Shown: positions 47,280 to 58,032, counted from the first letter of the stretch. The stretch is DNA of 64,000 nt from Terriglobia bacterium (GCA_963666975.2 CAXVYR010000004.1:896001-960000); one strand, 5' to 3'. Made by a program: numbers and translations. Notes: generated by a model not told the origin, from the sequence alone.

Positions 47280-49679
47280 ATGAAAAAGTATTGTTTATGC
47301 TTGCTCAGTTTATTTTGCGCGTTTTTGAGCTTCACTGTTTTGATTCATGCGCAAGGGGAAGGGGCAATCCACGGCGCGGTGATCGCGCAAGCGGACCGCT
47401 CGGCAATCCTCAATGCAAAGGTCGTGTTGGAAGGCCTGACAGTTTCCGTATCGCTTCAAACAGCTACGGGCGGAGATGGGCATTTCGGTTTTCAGCGTCT
47501 GGTCCCCGGCGATTACTTGCTGGTTGTGACCCAGGAAGCTTTCCTGGAAGAACGGATCCGCTTCACGCTGAAACCCCGCGAGGCCCAAAACATCACCTTG
47601 CAGCTTGCCCTCCGTCCCGTGGCGGAGGTAGTGGAGGTGACGACGGAAGCGGTGTCCGTTGCCGGGACCTATTCGCCCAGTTCCACGGTCTTGCACGAGC
47701 AAGACGTGGAAAAGCTCCCTCTGGGCCAGAGAACCAATCTCCCGGACATGATTGCCGCTAGTGCGCCGGGGATGATCCGTAGCCATGATGATTTTGTCCA
47801 CGTGCGGGGCAGCGAGCTTGCCTTGAACACGTTCATCAACGGCGTTTCCTTCTGGGAAAATCCGCACTCGGTGTTTTCCCCGGGCTTGAGTCCCGACCTG
47901 ATCCAGTCCATGAACATCATGACGGGAGGCTTTCCGGCCGAATACGGCAATCGCTTTGGGGGAATCCTGGACGTGGTCACCAAGTCCGGATTTTCCATGG
48001 ACAACGAGGGTGCCCTCACCCTGGGGCTTGGCACTTCTCTCCGCCACAACCTGGGCGTTCAGTACGGCGGGCACACGGAGAAGGCCGCCTATTATCTGTT
48101 CAGTTCCGCTTTCGAGTCGTCGCGTTTCTTGAGCCCTCCGGACACGCGCTCGATCCACAACACCGGCCGGGGCGTGCGCAACTTCCTCCAGTTGGACTTC
48201 AACGTCAATCCCACGAACTTTTTGAAACTCGTCCTCATGGGCGACGGGACCAATTTCGAGATTCCCAAAACTGCCCAGGACGATGAGCACCGGCCCAACG
48301 CCAACGCCTTCCAGCGTACACGGTCCCAGACGGCCATGTTCACATGGAGCCATATCCTCTCCAACGACGCTCTGCTGGACACCTCGTTCTACCAGCGCTG
48401 GTCCCGCTCGCGGCTGCTTCCCGCCGCCGACCCGCTGGCAACCGCGGCCCGCTCGGAACGGACCCTGCATACCACGGGCATCAAGAGCGATCTGACGCGA
48501 TTCCTCGGACGGCATACCGTCAAGGCCGGGCTGGACCTTGTGTTGCTTCGTCCGGACGAGGAACTTTTCTACGACAACGAGGGGTTTAACCTTCTGGCGC
48601 ATCGGTTGGGTCTTTCCCCGGTGGAGGTGAGCGGCCCCATTTCGTTTGCGGAGCGGAAAACCGGCGGACAGATCGGCCTGTACTTTCAGGACAGCGTGCA
48701 ACTGACAAACCGTCTGACGGTGGATGCCGGCCTCCGCTTTGACCGCTATAGCCTGGCCCGCTCGGACTTCCACTTCAGCCCCCGGCTCAACGTCGCCTAT
48801 CGCTTCTTGAGCACCGACACGGTGCTGCACGGCTCCTACAACCACTTCTTTGTGCCGCCCGCGATTGAGAATGTTTTAGCGTCGAGCGCCGGCCTTTCGC
48901 GCTTTTTCCATGAGGTCGATGAGGCTTTGCCGCCGCTGCGGCCCGTGATCGAGAACCAGTTCGAGTTGGGGGCTACGCACCCCTTCCATCGCAACCTTCG
49001 GCTGGGGTTGACCGGGTACTATCGCATCAGCAACGATCAGCTCCACAGCATCCTGCTCCCGGACTCCCGCATCTACACCTATGCAAATTTCGACAAAGCA
49101 AAGGCGTGGGGCCTGGAGACGAAGCTGGAAGTGCCGACCCTCGAGCGAGTGGGCCTCGGAGGTTATCTGAACTACGCACTGAGCCGCGTCTATCTCTACA
49201 ATCCGGTTGTGGCAGGATTTCTCGAGGACTCCGATCACCTGGAGGACGATGCCGCTTTCCTTGCACCCATGGATCAGACGCACACACTGACTGCCGGTTT
49301 CACCTATCGGTATCCCAGGTCCGGCTTGTGGTTTAGCATGGCCTTCGAATATGGCAGCGGCGTTCCTTCGCATGGAGAGGAGGGACACGTGGATGACCAC
49401 GGAATGGAAGACCCGATGATGGAACACGGGCAGGAAGAAGCGGCGATGGACCACGCGGACGAGGAAGAAGTGACGGCGCGCGTGCCGCAGCATTTCACCC
49501 AGAACCTGACCGTCGGTTGGGACTTGCTTCGCGACGGGGAACAGCCCCGGCTTAGCTTGCAATTCAACATCGAGAACCTGACCGATAACCTCTACCAGAA
49601 GACGGCGCCGAGCGTCTTCTCGCCGGGAGAGTTTTACATTCCGCGGCTCTTCTCCGGCTCGATGAAGATCCATTTTTGA
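47280..49679 (+). CDS. TonB-dependent receptor (probable metal uptake)
   Basis: HVRG, TGGFPAEYGNR, terminal Phe; His/Met/acidic loop near C-terminus. Confidence 0.9.
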   Translation: MKKYCLCLLSLFCAFLSFTVLIHAQGEGAIHGAVIAQADRSAILNAKVVLEGLTVSVSLQTATGGDGHFGFQRLVPGDYLLVVTQEAFLEERIRFTLKPREAQNITLQLALRPVAEVVEVTTEAVSVAGTYSPSSTVLHEQDVEKLPLGQRTNLPDMIAASAPGMIRSHDDFVHVRGSELALNTFINGVSFWENPHSVFSPGLSPDLIQSMNIMTGGFPAEYGNRFGGILDVVTKSGFSMDNEGALTLGLGTSLRHNLGVQYGGHTEKAAYYLFSSAFESSRFLSPPDTRSIHNTGRGVRNFLQLDFNVNPTNFLKLVLMGDGTNFEIPKTAQDDEHRPNANAFQRTRSQTAMFTWSHILSNDALLDTSFYQRWSRSRLLPAADPLATAARSERTLHTTGIKSDLTRFLGRHTVKAGLDLVLLRPDEELFYDNEGFNLLAHRLGLSPVEVSGPISFAERKTGGQIGLYFQDSVQLTNRLTVDAGLRFDRYSLARSDFHFSPRLNVAYRFLSTDTVLHGSYNHFFVPPAIENVLASSAGLSRFFHEVDEALPPLRPVIENQFELGATHPFHRNLRLGLTGYYRISNDQLHSILLPDSRIYTYANFDKAKAWGLETKLEVPTLERVGLGGYLNYALSRVYLYNPVVAGFLEDSDHLEDDAAFLAPMDQTHTLTAGFTYRYPRSGLWFSMAFEYGSGVPSHGEEGHVDDHGMEDPMMEHGQEEAAMDHADEEEVTARVPQHFTQNLTVGWDLLRDGEQPRLSLQFNIENLTDNLYQKTAPSVFSPGEFYIPRLFSGSMKIHF

Positions 49680-49820
49680 GCGGCCGGGAGGGTGCGGCAA
49701 CAAATAACACGATGTGTTTACCGGGGCTGCAAGTCTTCGGGTAAACTGTTTGGACCCTGCGAAGTTGGTTGCCGGGGGTTTCTGTAATCTCATCATCATC
49801 GGATTGGCGGGAAGGAGACT

Positions 49821-50411
49821 ATGAGAAGGCTAACGGTTAGAAGCATTTTCTTTTTGATTCCGATGCTCGGATTGCTCTTGATGTCTTGCAGCACGGAAAA
49901 CCCATCCGCGACGCAGGTCTCGGATTCCCCGGCGGGGCAGCTTCCCGAATCCTCTGGGGCAGCGCCCGTTTCCATTCCCGAGCCGGTGCGCCAGATCCAA
50001 CCCGGAGAACACCGGGACCACAATCCCAAGCACGGCGGGACGTTTTTTATGGCGCTGGACAACAAACACCACCTGGAAGGCGTGCTTCTTCCGTCGGGTA
50101 CTTTCTGCGTCTATCTCTACGATGCCCACACGCAGCCCCTGGGTCACGCAGAACTCCACCAAACCAGCGGGGTTGTGCAATGGGGAGACTCCGACGGCGC
50201 TCCCGAAACGCTTTTGGCGGTTGATGAAGATGCGCACAGACTGGAAGCGGCGTTCGGTCAGGAAGTGGAATTCCCCGTCACCCTGACCCTTTTGCTCCGT
50301 CTGCCGGGTTCGCCACCGGATGCCAAACCGGAGCTTTTTACGTTTCCGTTTAGCCATTACTCCGAACAAACTTCTGACGGCCACGGCCCGCCGCATTCCC
50401 ATGAAAACTGA
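49821..50411 (+). CDS. Putative metal-binding lipoprotein
   Basis: Lipobox LMSC; HRDHNPKHGG, HHLEG. Confidence 0.65.
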   Translation: MRRLTVRSIFFLIPMLGLLLMSCSTENPSATQVSDSPAGQLPESSGAAPVSIPEPVRQIQPGEHRDHNPKHGGTFFMALDNKHHLEGVLLPSGTFCVYLYDAHTQPLGHAELHQTSGVVQWGDSDGAPETLLAVDEDAHRLEAAFGQEVEFPVTLTLLLRLPGSPPDAKPELFTFPFSHYSEQTSDGHGPPHSHEN

Positions 50412-50485
50412 TGGAGGCTCATCGTGTCCTTTGCCGTGGGTTCGGGTATTTTCTCAAACTTCGTGACGGTTTTAGGAGAGTGAAC

Positions 50486-51241
50486 ATGAAAATAAAATGG
50501 TTTCACGCTGCCGCAGTTTGGACATTAGTTTGGACCCTTTTGAGCGGAATTGTTTTCTTTCAGGGACCCGCCTGGGCGCATGTCACGCTGCGGTCCAATC
50601 AACCGTTGAGGCCGGGAAGCTTTTCGGCGACGCTGAGTCTGGTCGTGCCCAACGAACGTCACGTCCCGGTCACGCGGATCAGCTTGGAAGTGCCGGAAGC
50701 CTTTCGGATGCAGGGCGGCCGCCTGCGGAGCGTGGAACATCCGGCCGGATGGGAAGTCAGGATCGAAAAACAGGACAAGCCGGAGGAGATTTATCGCCGG
50801 GAATTAGAGCAGCGAGCCGGAAGGGAAGCGCAGACTGCGACGACCGGGGAGGAACGGCAGGAAGAGGAAATCCAGAACGAACTGCTCAAACAGTGGATCA
50901 CAAAGGTGAGTTTTGAAGATGGGTCGATCCCGCCCGACGGCTCGAAGCAATTCCTGCTTACGTTTCAGCTCCCAGATGAGCCGGGGAAATACTTTTTTCC
51001 TACTCTCCAGGTCTTTGCAGATGGGACGGAACTTTCCTGGTCTGGAGTAGTGGAAGGAGCGGAACGTCCGGCCGCTTCCATTGTTATCGAGCGGCAATAT
51101 GGTTTGCCACATCTGGTGTTTCTGGTTGCGGCTTTGGCGCTGCTGATTCTAGTGGTCAAACCGCACAAGCGATATAAGAAACAGCGGAACGGCCAATCCA
51201 ATTCCGCTGCCACTTCTTCCGTGCCTACGGAAAAAATTTGA
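50486..51241 (+). CDS. YcnI/DUF1775-like copper-binding protein
   Basis: AWAH mature N-terminal His, VPNER, FPTLQ...W, C-terminal TM. Confidence 0.75.
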   Translation: MKIKWFHAAAVWTLVWTLLSGIVFFQGPAWAHVTLRSNQPLRPGSFSATLSLVVPNERHVPVTRISLEVPEAFRMQGGRLRSVEHPAGWEVRIEKQDKPEEIYRRELEQRAGREAQTATTGEERQEEEIQNELLKQWITKVSFEDGSIPPDGSKQFLLTFQLPDEPGKYFFPTLQVFADGTELSWSGVVEGAERPAASIVIERQYGLPHLVFLVAALALLILVVKPHKRYKKQRNGQSNSAATSSVPTEKI

Positions 51242-51880
51242 GTTCGCTTTACTCTCCCAGCGGAACTTGTGGAAGTTCCAGAATGGTCAACAGGGCAGCA
51301 GAGTTTTGCAGCGGCCTCTGGGAGTGGAGATATGAGGGGGTAATCCTTTCATCGCATTCATTTCAAACCAGTAGTCGATCCTGAGGGCTGGTTCAGCCGG
51401 TTTTCTGGCATCCCTGCAGCCTGAAAATGGCATCCTTTGACTCCCAAAATACTCACCTTTCAGGATGGCATCTTTATTCCCCGGATCGTTACTCTTAATA
51501 GACTGAAATCAAGTTATGTGAGGCGCTAACCCGGCAGTTGCTGGAAGGCTTGGTGATCGTCAGGGCGCTCTGAACTTCAGGAACTGCAAACCATAACCGC
51601 AGCAGGGAAAGCAGCACCAAAAGTAGCACAAACAAAAAACCGGTCCCGGAAGGCGACGATAGCAGGGCGAGGATAACTTGATGATGGGGAGAGTCTATCC
51701 GCGCTGGCGAGTGGCCCGTTTTTGTAGACCGGGAAGGTTCCTCATGCAAGCTATAGGTTTACTGCCGCGGCTGGCGGCGGTAAAATTAAAATTAAAGATG
51801 CTGGAGCGACATTACCAAGATAATCCGAGCGGCAACATTTCAAGCCTTTGCCCAATTCTCACAAAATCCACGACAAAAGG

Positions 51881-54010
51881 ATGAACCGTATGGTTGCTGG
51901 GACATCGCCTTTGAGAGTTCAAAAGTATAGCGGCTTGGATCGAAAGCGCCTGGTTTGGCTGTGCCGCACGATGCTTCTCTCCCGCCGGTTGGATGAAAAA
52001 GAGATTCAACTCCACCGCCAGGGTCGCAGCTTTTTCCAGGTCAGTTCCGCCGGTCACGAGGCACTGCAGTTGGCGGCCGCCTCGGTCTTGCGGCCGGGCT
52101 CCGACTGGTTTTTTCCTTACTACCGCAGCCGCGCTCTGGTGCTCGGCTTGGGGCTCACTCCCCTGCAACTGCTGCTGGAGGCCGTAGGCTCGGCGGAGGC
52201 TCCCTTTAGCGGAGGAAGGCAGATGCCTTCCCACTGGGGGGGCAAGGAACTCAACATCGTTTCGCAATCGAGCGCTACTGGAACTCAGTGGGTGGAGGCG
52301 GTCGGTTGTGCCGAGGCGGGAATTTATTACAGAGGAATGCCCGCGTCCCGGCAAACAAAAGCCCGCTTTGAGCAGGATGAGGTGGTTTGTGTCACCGGCG
52401 GCGACGGAAGCACCAGCCAGGGAGAGTTCTTCGAGTCGCTGAATACGGCCTGCAACGCGCGGCTTCCCGTGCTCTACCTGATTGAAGACAACGGTTACGC
52501 CATCTCCGTGCCGGTAGAGGAGCAGACGCCGGGCGGCAATATTTCCCGGTTGGTTTCCGGATACCCCAACCTGTTCCGCGAAGAAGTGGATGGGACCGAC
52601 CTTCTGGCGAGCGTAGAGACCCTCCGGCGGGCTGTGGCCCATTGCCGCGAGCGGCGGGGACCCGCTCTGGTGCATGGCCATGTGGTCCGTCTGCACCCTC
52701 ATTCAGTGTCGGATGACCAGAAGCTGTACAAAACCCCGCAGGAACAGGCGGGCGAACAAGCCCGCGACCCATTGCGGAAATACAGTGAGTTTCTTCTGGA
52801 AGAAGGGATCATGGACCGGCGAGAGCTGCAAAGTATCGAAGACACCGCGGAGCGGGAAGTCAATGAGGCTGCCGAGCAGGCCCTGCGAGCTGCTGCCCCC
52901 TCTGCGGGCTCCGCCCGGCTGCACGTTTATTCTCCCACGGTCGATCCCACATCCGCTGATTTTGACAAACCAGCGGCTTTGAGCGGCGAGCCTCGCACCA
53001 TGGTGGACCAGTTGAATGCATGCCTGCGGGATGAGATGCGCCGGGACCCCCGCGTTCTGCTCTACGGACAGGACGTGGCTGACTCCAGCCACGCGGAAAA
53101 CCTGAGCCGGTTGAAGGGCAAAGGCGGAGTGTTCAAAGTGACCCACGGCCTGCAGCGGGAGTTCGGCAGCCGCCGGGTCTTCAACGCTCCCATCGCCGAG
53201 GCGAACATCGTGGGGCGCGCCATCGGTTATGCCCTGCGGGGACTGAAGCCGGTGGTGGAAATCCAGTTCCTGGACTACATCTGGCCCGCGATGATGCAAA
53301 TTCGGAACGAGATGGCGGTTCTGCGCTGGCGGTCGGTCGGCAACTACAGTTGTCCCGTCGTGATCCGCACGGCCTACGGAGGGTACCTGAACGGCGGGTC
53401 GGTTTACCACAGCCAGTGCGGGGAGAGCATCTTTACGCATCTGCCGGGCCTGCGCGTTGTCCTCCCTTCCACGGCGCTCGACGCTGCCGGCCTGCTGCGC
53501 ACGGCGATCCGGTGCGACGACCCTGTGCTGTTTCTGGAGCACAAACACCTTTACCGGCAGCCTTACAACCGCAGCCCGTACCCTGGCCCCGAGCATATGG
53601 TTCCCTTCGGGAAGGCGCGCATTGTGAGGGAGGGCACCGACGTCACCGTCGTCACCTACGGCGCCGTCGTGCAGCGGGCTTTGCAGGCTGCCGAGAAGCT
53701 GGAGTCGGAAGGCGCCAGCGTGGAGCTCATCGACCTGCGGTCGCTCAACCCCTATGATTGGGAGGCCATCGCCCAGTCGGTCCGCAAGACGAGCCGCGTG
53801 CTGGTGGCTCACGAGGACAGCATTTCGTGGGGCTTTGGAGCGGAGATCGCAGCGCGCATCGCCGATGAACTGTTCGACGATCTGGACGCGCCCGTAAAGC
53901 GGATCGGCGCGCTCGACACCTTCGTCGCCTACCATCCCAATCTGGAAAAGGAAATCCTCCCCCAGGCCAAGGACCTGGAAAACACCTTGCGGGAACTTGT
54001 GGCTTGGTAA
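51881..54010 (+). CDS. Fused 2-oxoacid dehydrogenase E1 alpha/beta
   Basis: [19 protein letters not shown] motif; FNAPIAE, EIQFLDY, HSQ. Confidence 0.93.
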   Translation: MNRMVAGTSPLRVQKYSGLDRKRLVWLCRTMLLSRRLDEKEIQLHRQGRSFFQVSSAGHEALQLAAASVLRPGSDWFFPYYRSRALVLGLGLTPLQLLLEAVGSAEAPFSGGRQMPSHWGGKELNIVSQSSATGTQWVEAVGCAEAGIYYRGMPASRQTKARFEQDEVVCVTGGDGSTSQGEFFESLNTACNARLPVLYLIEDNGYAISVPVEEQTPGGNISRLVSGYPNLFREEVDGTDLLASVETLRRAVAHCRERRGPALVHGHVVRLHPHSVSDDQKLYKTPQEQAGEQARDPLRKYSEFLLEEGIMDRRELQSIEDTAEREVNEAAEQALRAAAPSAGSARLHVYSPTVDPTSADFDKPAALSGEPRTMVDQLNACLRDEMRRDPRVLLYGQDVADSSHAENLSRLKGKGGVFKVTHGLQREFGSRRVFNAPIAEANIVGRAIGYALRGLKPVVEIQFLDYIWPAMMQIRNEMAVLRWRSVGNYSCPVVIRTAYGGYLNGGSVYHSQCGESIFTHLPGLRVVLPSTALDAAGLLRTAIRCDDPVLFLEHKHLYRQPYNRSPYPGPEHMVPFGKARIVREGTDVTVVTYGAVVQRALQAAEKLESEGASVELIDLRSLNPYDWEAIAQSVRKTSRVLVAHEDSISWGFGAEIAARIADELFDDLDAPVKRIGALDTFVAYHPNLEKEILPQAKDLENTLRELVAW

Positions 54011-54020
54011 AGAACATTAG

Positions 54021-54248
54021 ATGAAGGCCATTTTGCCGGTGGTCCTGCTTGCGTTGATGTTCACGCCTACTGCTGTCCTGTCGCATGGTGGGGGATTGGA
54101 CTCGCTAGGTTGTCACCACGATCGCAAGCGAGGCGGATATCATTGCCACCGAGGGCCTTTAGCGGGAGAGTCTTTCTCTTCAAAGGCCGACGCCGAGAAA
54201 AAACTAAAAGACAAAGAAGCACAACCGTCGCTAAAAGAAAGCAGATAA
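54021..54248 (+). CDS. YHYH-domain secreted small protein
   Basis: Signal peptide, HGGGLDSLGCH..YHCH. Confidence 0.8.
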   Translation: MKAILPVVLLALMFTPTAVLSHGGGLDSLGCHHDRKRGGYHCHRGPLAGESFSSKADAEKKLKDKEAQPSLKESR

Positions 54249-54420
54249 GTTAGAGCGGTATCGTCCGGGCCGTTCATCGAGCAGATTTACCTTCCCACAA
54301 CACTTCCTGCATTTCTTACTTCCGAGCTTTTTTCTAACCGCTTGCTGACGCGCGCGGCTCAGAACTGAGCTGGCTTTCGATAAGCCTCGGTCTACACTTT
54401 CACTGAAACTGGTAGAAAAG

Positions 54421-54747
54421 TCAGGTGCGTGAACTTTCCGGAGCCAGGGTTGCGGGCCGCACTTCGCGTTCGATGGTGCGCCGAAGTTCGTCTTCGGCGA
54501 CCTCCAAGTCGTAGGCGGCCTGCGCATTCAGCCAAAAACGCGCGCTGGTGTGGAAGTAGCGGGCGAGCCGCAGGGCTGTGTCGGGGGTGATGCTGCGGCG
54601 TTCGTGGACAATCTCCGCAACCCGCGTCACCGGCACGTGCAGATCGAGCGCCAGCTTGTTCATGCTGAGACCGAGCGGTTTCAGGAAATCCTCCCTTAGA
54701 ATCTCGCCGGGATGAATCGGCGGCAAAAGCTTTCTAGACTTGCCCAT
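54421..54747 (-). CDS. higA: HigA antitoxin
   Basis: IHPGEILREDFL, ITPDTALRL, FWLNAQAAYDL. Confidence 0.93.
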   Translation of the reverse strand: MGKSRKLLPPIHPGEILREDFLKPLGLSMNKLALDLHVPVTRVAEIVHERRSITPDTALRLARYFHTSARFWLNAQAAYDLEVAEDELRRTIEREVRPATLAPESSRT

Positions 54748-54755
54748 TTTTCCTC

Positions 54756-55034
54756 CTAGTGGCAGTCCACAATCTCAACCTCGTAGACATCCCCATCGCG
54801 CCAGACAAAGCAGATGCGCCACTGATCGTTAATGCGAATACTGTACTGCCCTCGCCGGTCGCCGCGAAGCGCTTCCAGGTGGTTCCCTGGCGGAGCGGCT
54901 AGATCGCGTAGCTCTGTCGCAATATCTAACTGGCGCAGTTTGCGCTGTGCTGCGCGCTCAAAAGCCCCGAACCGCCTGACACGCTGCCTGGCATAGAGTC
55001 GTTCCGTCTCTTTTGACCGAAAGGACTTGATCAC
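54756..55034 (-). CDS. higB: HigB (RelE-family) toxin
   Basis: MIKSF, PPGNHLEALRGDR, SIRINDQWRICF. Confidence 0.93.
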   Translation of the reverse strand: MIKSFRSKETERLYARQRVRRFGAFERAAQRKLRQLDIATELRDLAAPPGNHLEALRGDRRGQYSIRINDQWRICFVWRDGDVYEVEIVDCH

Positions 55035-55065
55035 ATTGTGAGTTTATAACGTGAAACGATAAACG

Positions 55066-55791
55066 TCAAGCGTTAAGGCTGATATCTGGGGCAGGGAAAG
55101 CTTCTGATGTCAGGCATCTCCTCGCCTTGCTAAAAATGCTGCGGAACATCCCCTCGGTCAGCTTTCCGGTTTGGGTATTTTGCTGGCTGGGATGGTAGGA
55201 GGCAATCAAGGTGGGCAGCGGGGGAGGGAAACGGTAGAGCTCCCCGTGTGAAAAGGGAAAAGCGTTGCGGGACGCGATGTGCCCCCGATCTTTGAGGATG
55301 GAAAGATAAGCGTCAAAGGCGATTTTCCCCAGAGCCACCACTGCCGTCACATTCGGAAGCGCTGCAAGTTCGCGTTCCAGATACTCCCGGCAGTTTCGAG
55401 ACTCTGCGGGCAGCGGCTTGTTGGCGGGCGGAGCGCAGCGGACGGTTGCTGTGATGTAGGTGTCGAGCAGCCGCAGGCCGTCGTCGCGGGAGACCGAGCT
55501 AGCTTGACTGGCGAAGCCCGCCCGGTGCAGGGCGCGGAACAGGAAGTCCCCGGAACGGTCTCCGGTAAATATGCGGCCGGTGCGGTTGGCTCCGTGGGCG
55601 GCTGGTGCAAGCCCCAGGATCAGCAAGCGCGCCTGCGGGTCGCCAAGTCCGGGCACGGGCCGGCCCCAATATTCCCAGTCGCGGTAGGCGCGGCGTTTTT
55701 CCCGCGCGACGCGGCGGCAGTACTCCACCAGACGGTCGCAGCGCGTGCAGCCGGGAATCTCTCGCTCGATTTTCCGGATCGTGTCGGTCAT
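55066..55791 (-). CDS. Uracil-DNA glycosylase (family 5-like)
   Basis: CTRC, GLAPAAHGANRTGRIFTGD, YHPSQQN. Confidence 0.92.
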   Translation of the reverse strand: MTDTIRKIEREIPGCTRCDRLVEYCRRVAREKRRAYRDWEYWGRPVPGLGDPQARLLILGLAPAAHGANRTGRIFTGDRSGDFLFRALHRAGFASQASSVSRDDGLRLLDTYITATVRCAPPANKPLPAESRNCREYLERELAALPNVTAVVALGKIAFDAYLSILKDRGHIASRNAFPFSHGELYRFPPPLPTLIASYHPSQQNTQTGKLTEGMFRSIFSKARRCLTSEAFPAPDISLNA

Positions 55792-55969
55792 TGCATCATG
55801 CCTTCCGGGAGGGTTGCTCCTGTCTCCTCCTCTCTTGCTTTCCTGAAGTCCTCGCCCTTCTCCTTTTCGCCCCGTGCTATTATTCTCTGGCCGGCGGCAA
55901 TATTTCTATTTGCTTCCTGTTCCATGCCGGACGATTCTGAGCACTATACACTATACGAGGAGTCAGCCG

Positions 55970-57457
55970 ATGAGCCGCGCTGTCGAGTCCGCTGCGAAAA
56001 CCCAGCCGCCGAATCTGCGGGGAAAGTACTGCTGTCTCGTAGGAGGCGAGCTGGCCGAGGCTGCGTCCGGCCAGACGTTTTCTACTCGCAATCCGGCAAC
56101 CGGCGAGAAGCTGGCCGAGGTTCCCGACGGGGACGAGCGCGACATCGACCGCGCCGTTCAGGCCGCCCGAAAAGCGTTTCCGCAATGGCGGAAGATGACG
56201 GCAGCCGAGCGCGGCGGCATCTGCCGCCGGTTCGCCGAAAGGCTGCGCGCCCGCGCCGAAGTCTATGCCACGCTCGATGCCCTCGACTGTGGCAGCCCCT
56301 TGACGGCCATGCGCCGGGATGTCGCCAGCACAGCCGCACAGATCGACTATTTCGCCGGTCTCGGCCCTGAGATCAAGGGAGAGACGATTCCTTCCGGCTC
56401 CCAGTCATTGCACTTTACGCTGCGGGAACCGTTCGGGGTAGTGGGCCGGATCATTCCCTTTAATCACCCCATTCTGTTTGCCGCCCGGATCGCCGCCCCC
56501 CTGATGGCGGGCAACACCGTGGTTCTGAAGCCCCCCGAGCAGACTCCTCTCTCGGCCCTGGAGATGGGTTACGACGTGAAAGAAATTTTTCCTCCCGGCG
56601 TGGTCAACATCGTTACTGGAGACGGCCCGCGCGCAGGAGCTTCGCTGGTAAAGCACCCGGCGGTGCGGCGTATTGCGTTTACCGGATCGGTCGAGGTCGG
56701 CCGCGAGATCATGCGCGCGGCGGCTGACGGCCTCAAGACCATTTCCCTGGAACTGGGCGGCAAGAACCCCATGATCGTCTTTCCGGACGCGAACCTGGAA
56801 CAGGCCGTGAACGCCGCCTTTAACGGCATGAACTATTGCTGGTCGCAGGGGCAGTCCTGCGGCTCGACCTCGCGTTTGTTTCTGCATCGCGACCTGCACG
56901 ATGAGTTCCTGGAGCGTCTGGTGGCGAAGGTAAAGGCCGTCCGCATGGGGTTGCCGCACGAGGAGGCGACCCAGATGGGTTGCCTGGTCTCGCAGCAACA
57001 ATTCGACAAGGTAATGTCCTACATTGAACTCGGCAAGAAGGAAGGCGCTCGTTTGGTGGCCGGAGGCGGCAAGCCGTCGGACCCCAAGTTGCAACGGGGC
57101 TTTTTTGTCGAGCCGACAGTCTTTGACCGGGTGGACTACAAGATGCGCCTGGCGCAGGAGGAGATCTTCGGCCCGGTGCAGTCGGTCCTCACATGGAAGG
57201 ACGAGGGCGAATTGCTGGAGATGGTCAACAGCGTGATGTACGGGCTGACGGCCAGCATCTGGACGCGGGATTTCCCCACGGCGTACCGGATGGCTTCGGC
57301 GGTGGAGGCGGGCTTCGTGTGGATCAACGACAGCAGCAGGCACTTCGCCGGGGTCCCCTTCGGAGGCTACAAACAGAGCGGACTGGGCCGCGAAGAATGT
57401 CTGGCGGACCTGCTGAGCTATACGCAGGTCAAGAGCGTGAACGTGAACTTGGCTTGA
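55970..57457 (+). CDS. Aldehyde dehydrogenase
   Basis: PFNHP, FTGS, ELGGKNP, GQSC, EEIFGPV. Confidence 0.95.
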   Translation: MSRAVESAAKTQPPNLRGKYCCLVGGELAEAASGQTFSTRNPATGEKLAEVPDGDERDIDRAVQAARKAFPQWRKMTAAERGGICRRFAERLRARAEVYATLDALDCGSPLTAMRRDVASTAAQIDYFAGLGPEIKGETIPSGSQSLHFTLREPFGVVGRIIPFNHPILFAARIAAPLMAGNTVVLKPPEQTPLSALEMGYDVKEIFPPGVVNIVTGDGPRAGASLVKHPAVRRIAFTGSVEVGREIMRAAADGLKTISLELGGKNPMIVFPDANLEQAVNAAFNGMNYCWSQGQSCGSTSRLFLHRDLHDEFLERLVAKVKAVRMGLPHEEATQMGCLVSQQQFDKVMSYIELGKKEGARLVAGGGKPSDPKLQRGFFVEPTVFDRVDYKMRLAQEEIFGPVQSVLTWKDEGELLEMVNSVMYGLTASIWTRDFPTAYRMASAVEAGFVWINDSSRHFAGVPFGGYKQSGLGREECLADLLSYTQVKSVNVNLA

Positions 57458-57521
57458 ACATACATCGCGGCGAGATGCTCCGCCGATGGGCGGGCAGGAG
57501 CATACGAATGGATATCGGGCG

Positions 57522-57710
57522 ATGAAAGTACGTGACGTGCTTGCCTTACTCAGGAACGATGATTGGTACTTGGCGGCGACCGAGGGGAGTCACCGGCAAT
57601 TCAAACATCCAAGAAGGACAGGCCGCGTAACAGTGCCCGGAAAACCAAACGATGACTTGCCGCCGGGCACTTTGAATAGTATCTTGAAACAGGCTGGCTT
57701 GAAGAAATGA
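57522..57710 (+). CDS. hicA: HicA toxin
   Basis: GSHRQFKHP, VTVPG, GTLNSILKQAG. Confidence 0.93.
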   Translation: MKVRDVLALLRNDDWYLAATEGSHRQFKHPRRTGRVTVPGKPNDDLPPGTLNSILKQAGLKK

Positions 57711-57722
57711 GGAGACGCTGAG

Positions 57723-57935
57723 ATGCGTTATGCCATTGTGATTGAAAAAGCGGAGAACAATTATGCCGCCTACGTGCCGGACCTGCCGGGGTGCGTAGCA
57801 ACCGGCAAAACGGTCGAAGAAACGGAGCAGCAAATTCGCGAAGCGATCGAGTTTCACTTGCGCGGAATGCGGGAAGACGGGCTGCCGATTCCAGAGCCGG
57901 CCAGCCAGGTGGATTACGTAGAAGTCCCTACCTGA
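57723..57935 (+). CDS. hicB: HicB antitoxin (short form)
   Basis: YVPDLPGCVATG, EAIEFHL. Confidence 0.93.
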   Translation: MRYAIVIEKAENNYAAYVPDLPGCVATGKTVEETEQQIREAIEFHLRGMREDGLPIPEPASQVDYVEVPT

Positions 57936-57965
57936 GAGTTGTACGTGCGCAAGTGTATTTCCGGG

Positions 57966-58013
57966 TTGCTGAGCTACACGCAGGTCAAAAGCGTCAATGT
58001 AAATTTGGCGTGA
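57966..58013 (+). pseudogene. Second copy of ALDH 3' end (LLSYTQVKSVNVNLA*)
   Basis: 40/48 identical to 57410-57457; all 8 differences synonymous. Confidence 0.92.
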
Positions 58014-58032
58014 ACGGCGGTCGGGACCGCTC

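Noticed and set aside
51495-51749. 84-aa hydrophobic ORF in the intergenic gap
   Set aside because: No RBS or family motif seen; cannot be supported without a search
54330-54400. Displaced UDG 3' end downstream of higBA (SVLSRARQ vs SIFSKARR)
   Set aside because: Weak similarity, and spacing from the shared GACCGAGG is off by 5 nt; not supportable by eye
57410-58013. DGR template/variable repeat pair
   Set aside because: Differences are synonymous and not adenine-specific; no reverse transcriptase in the window
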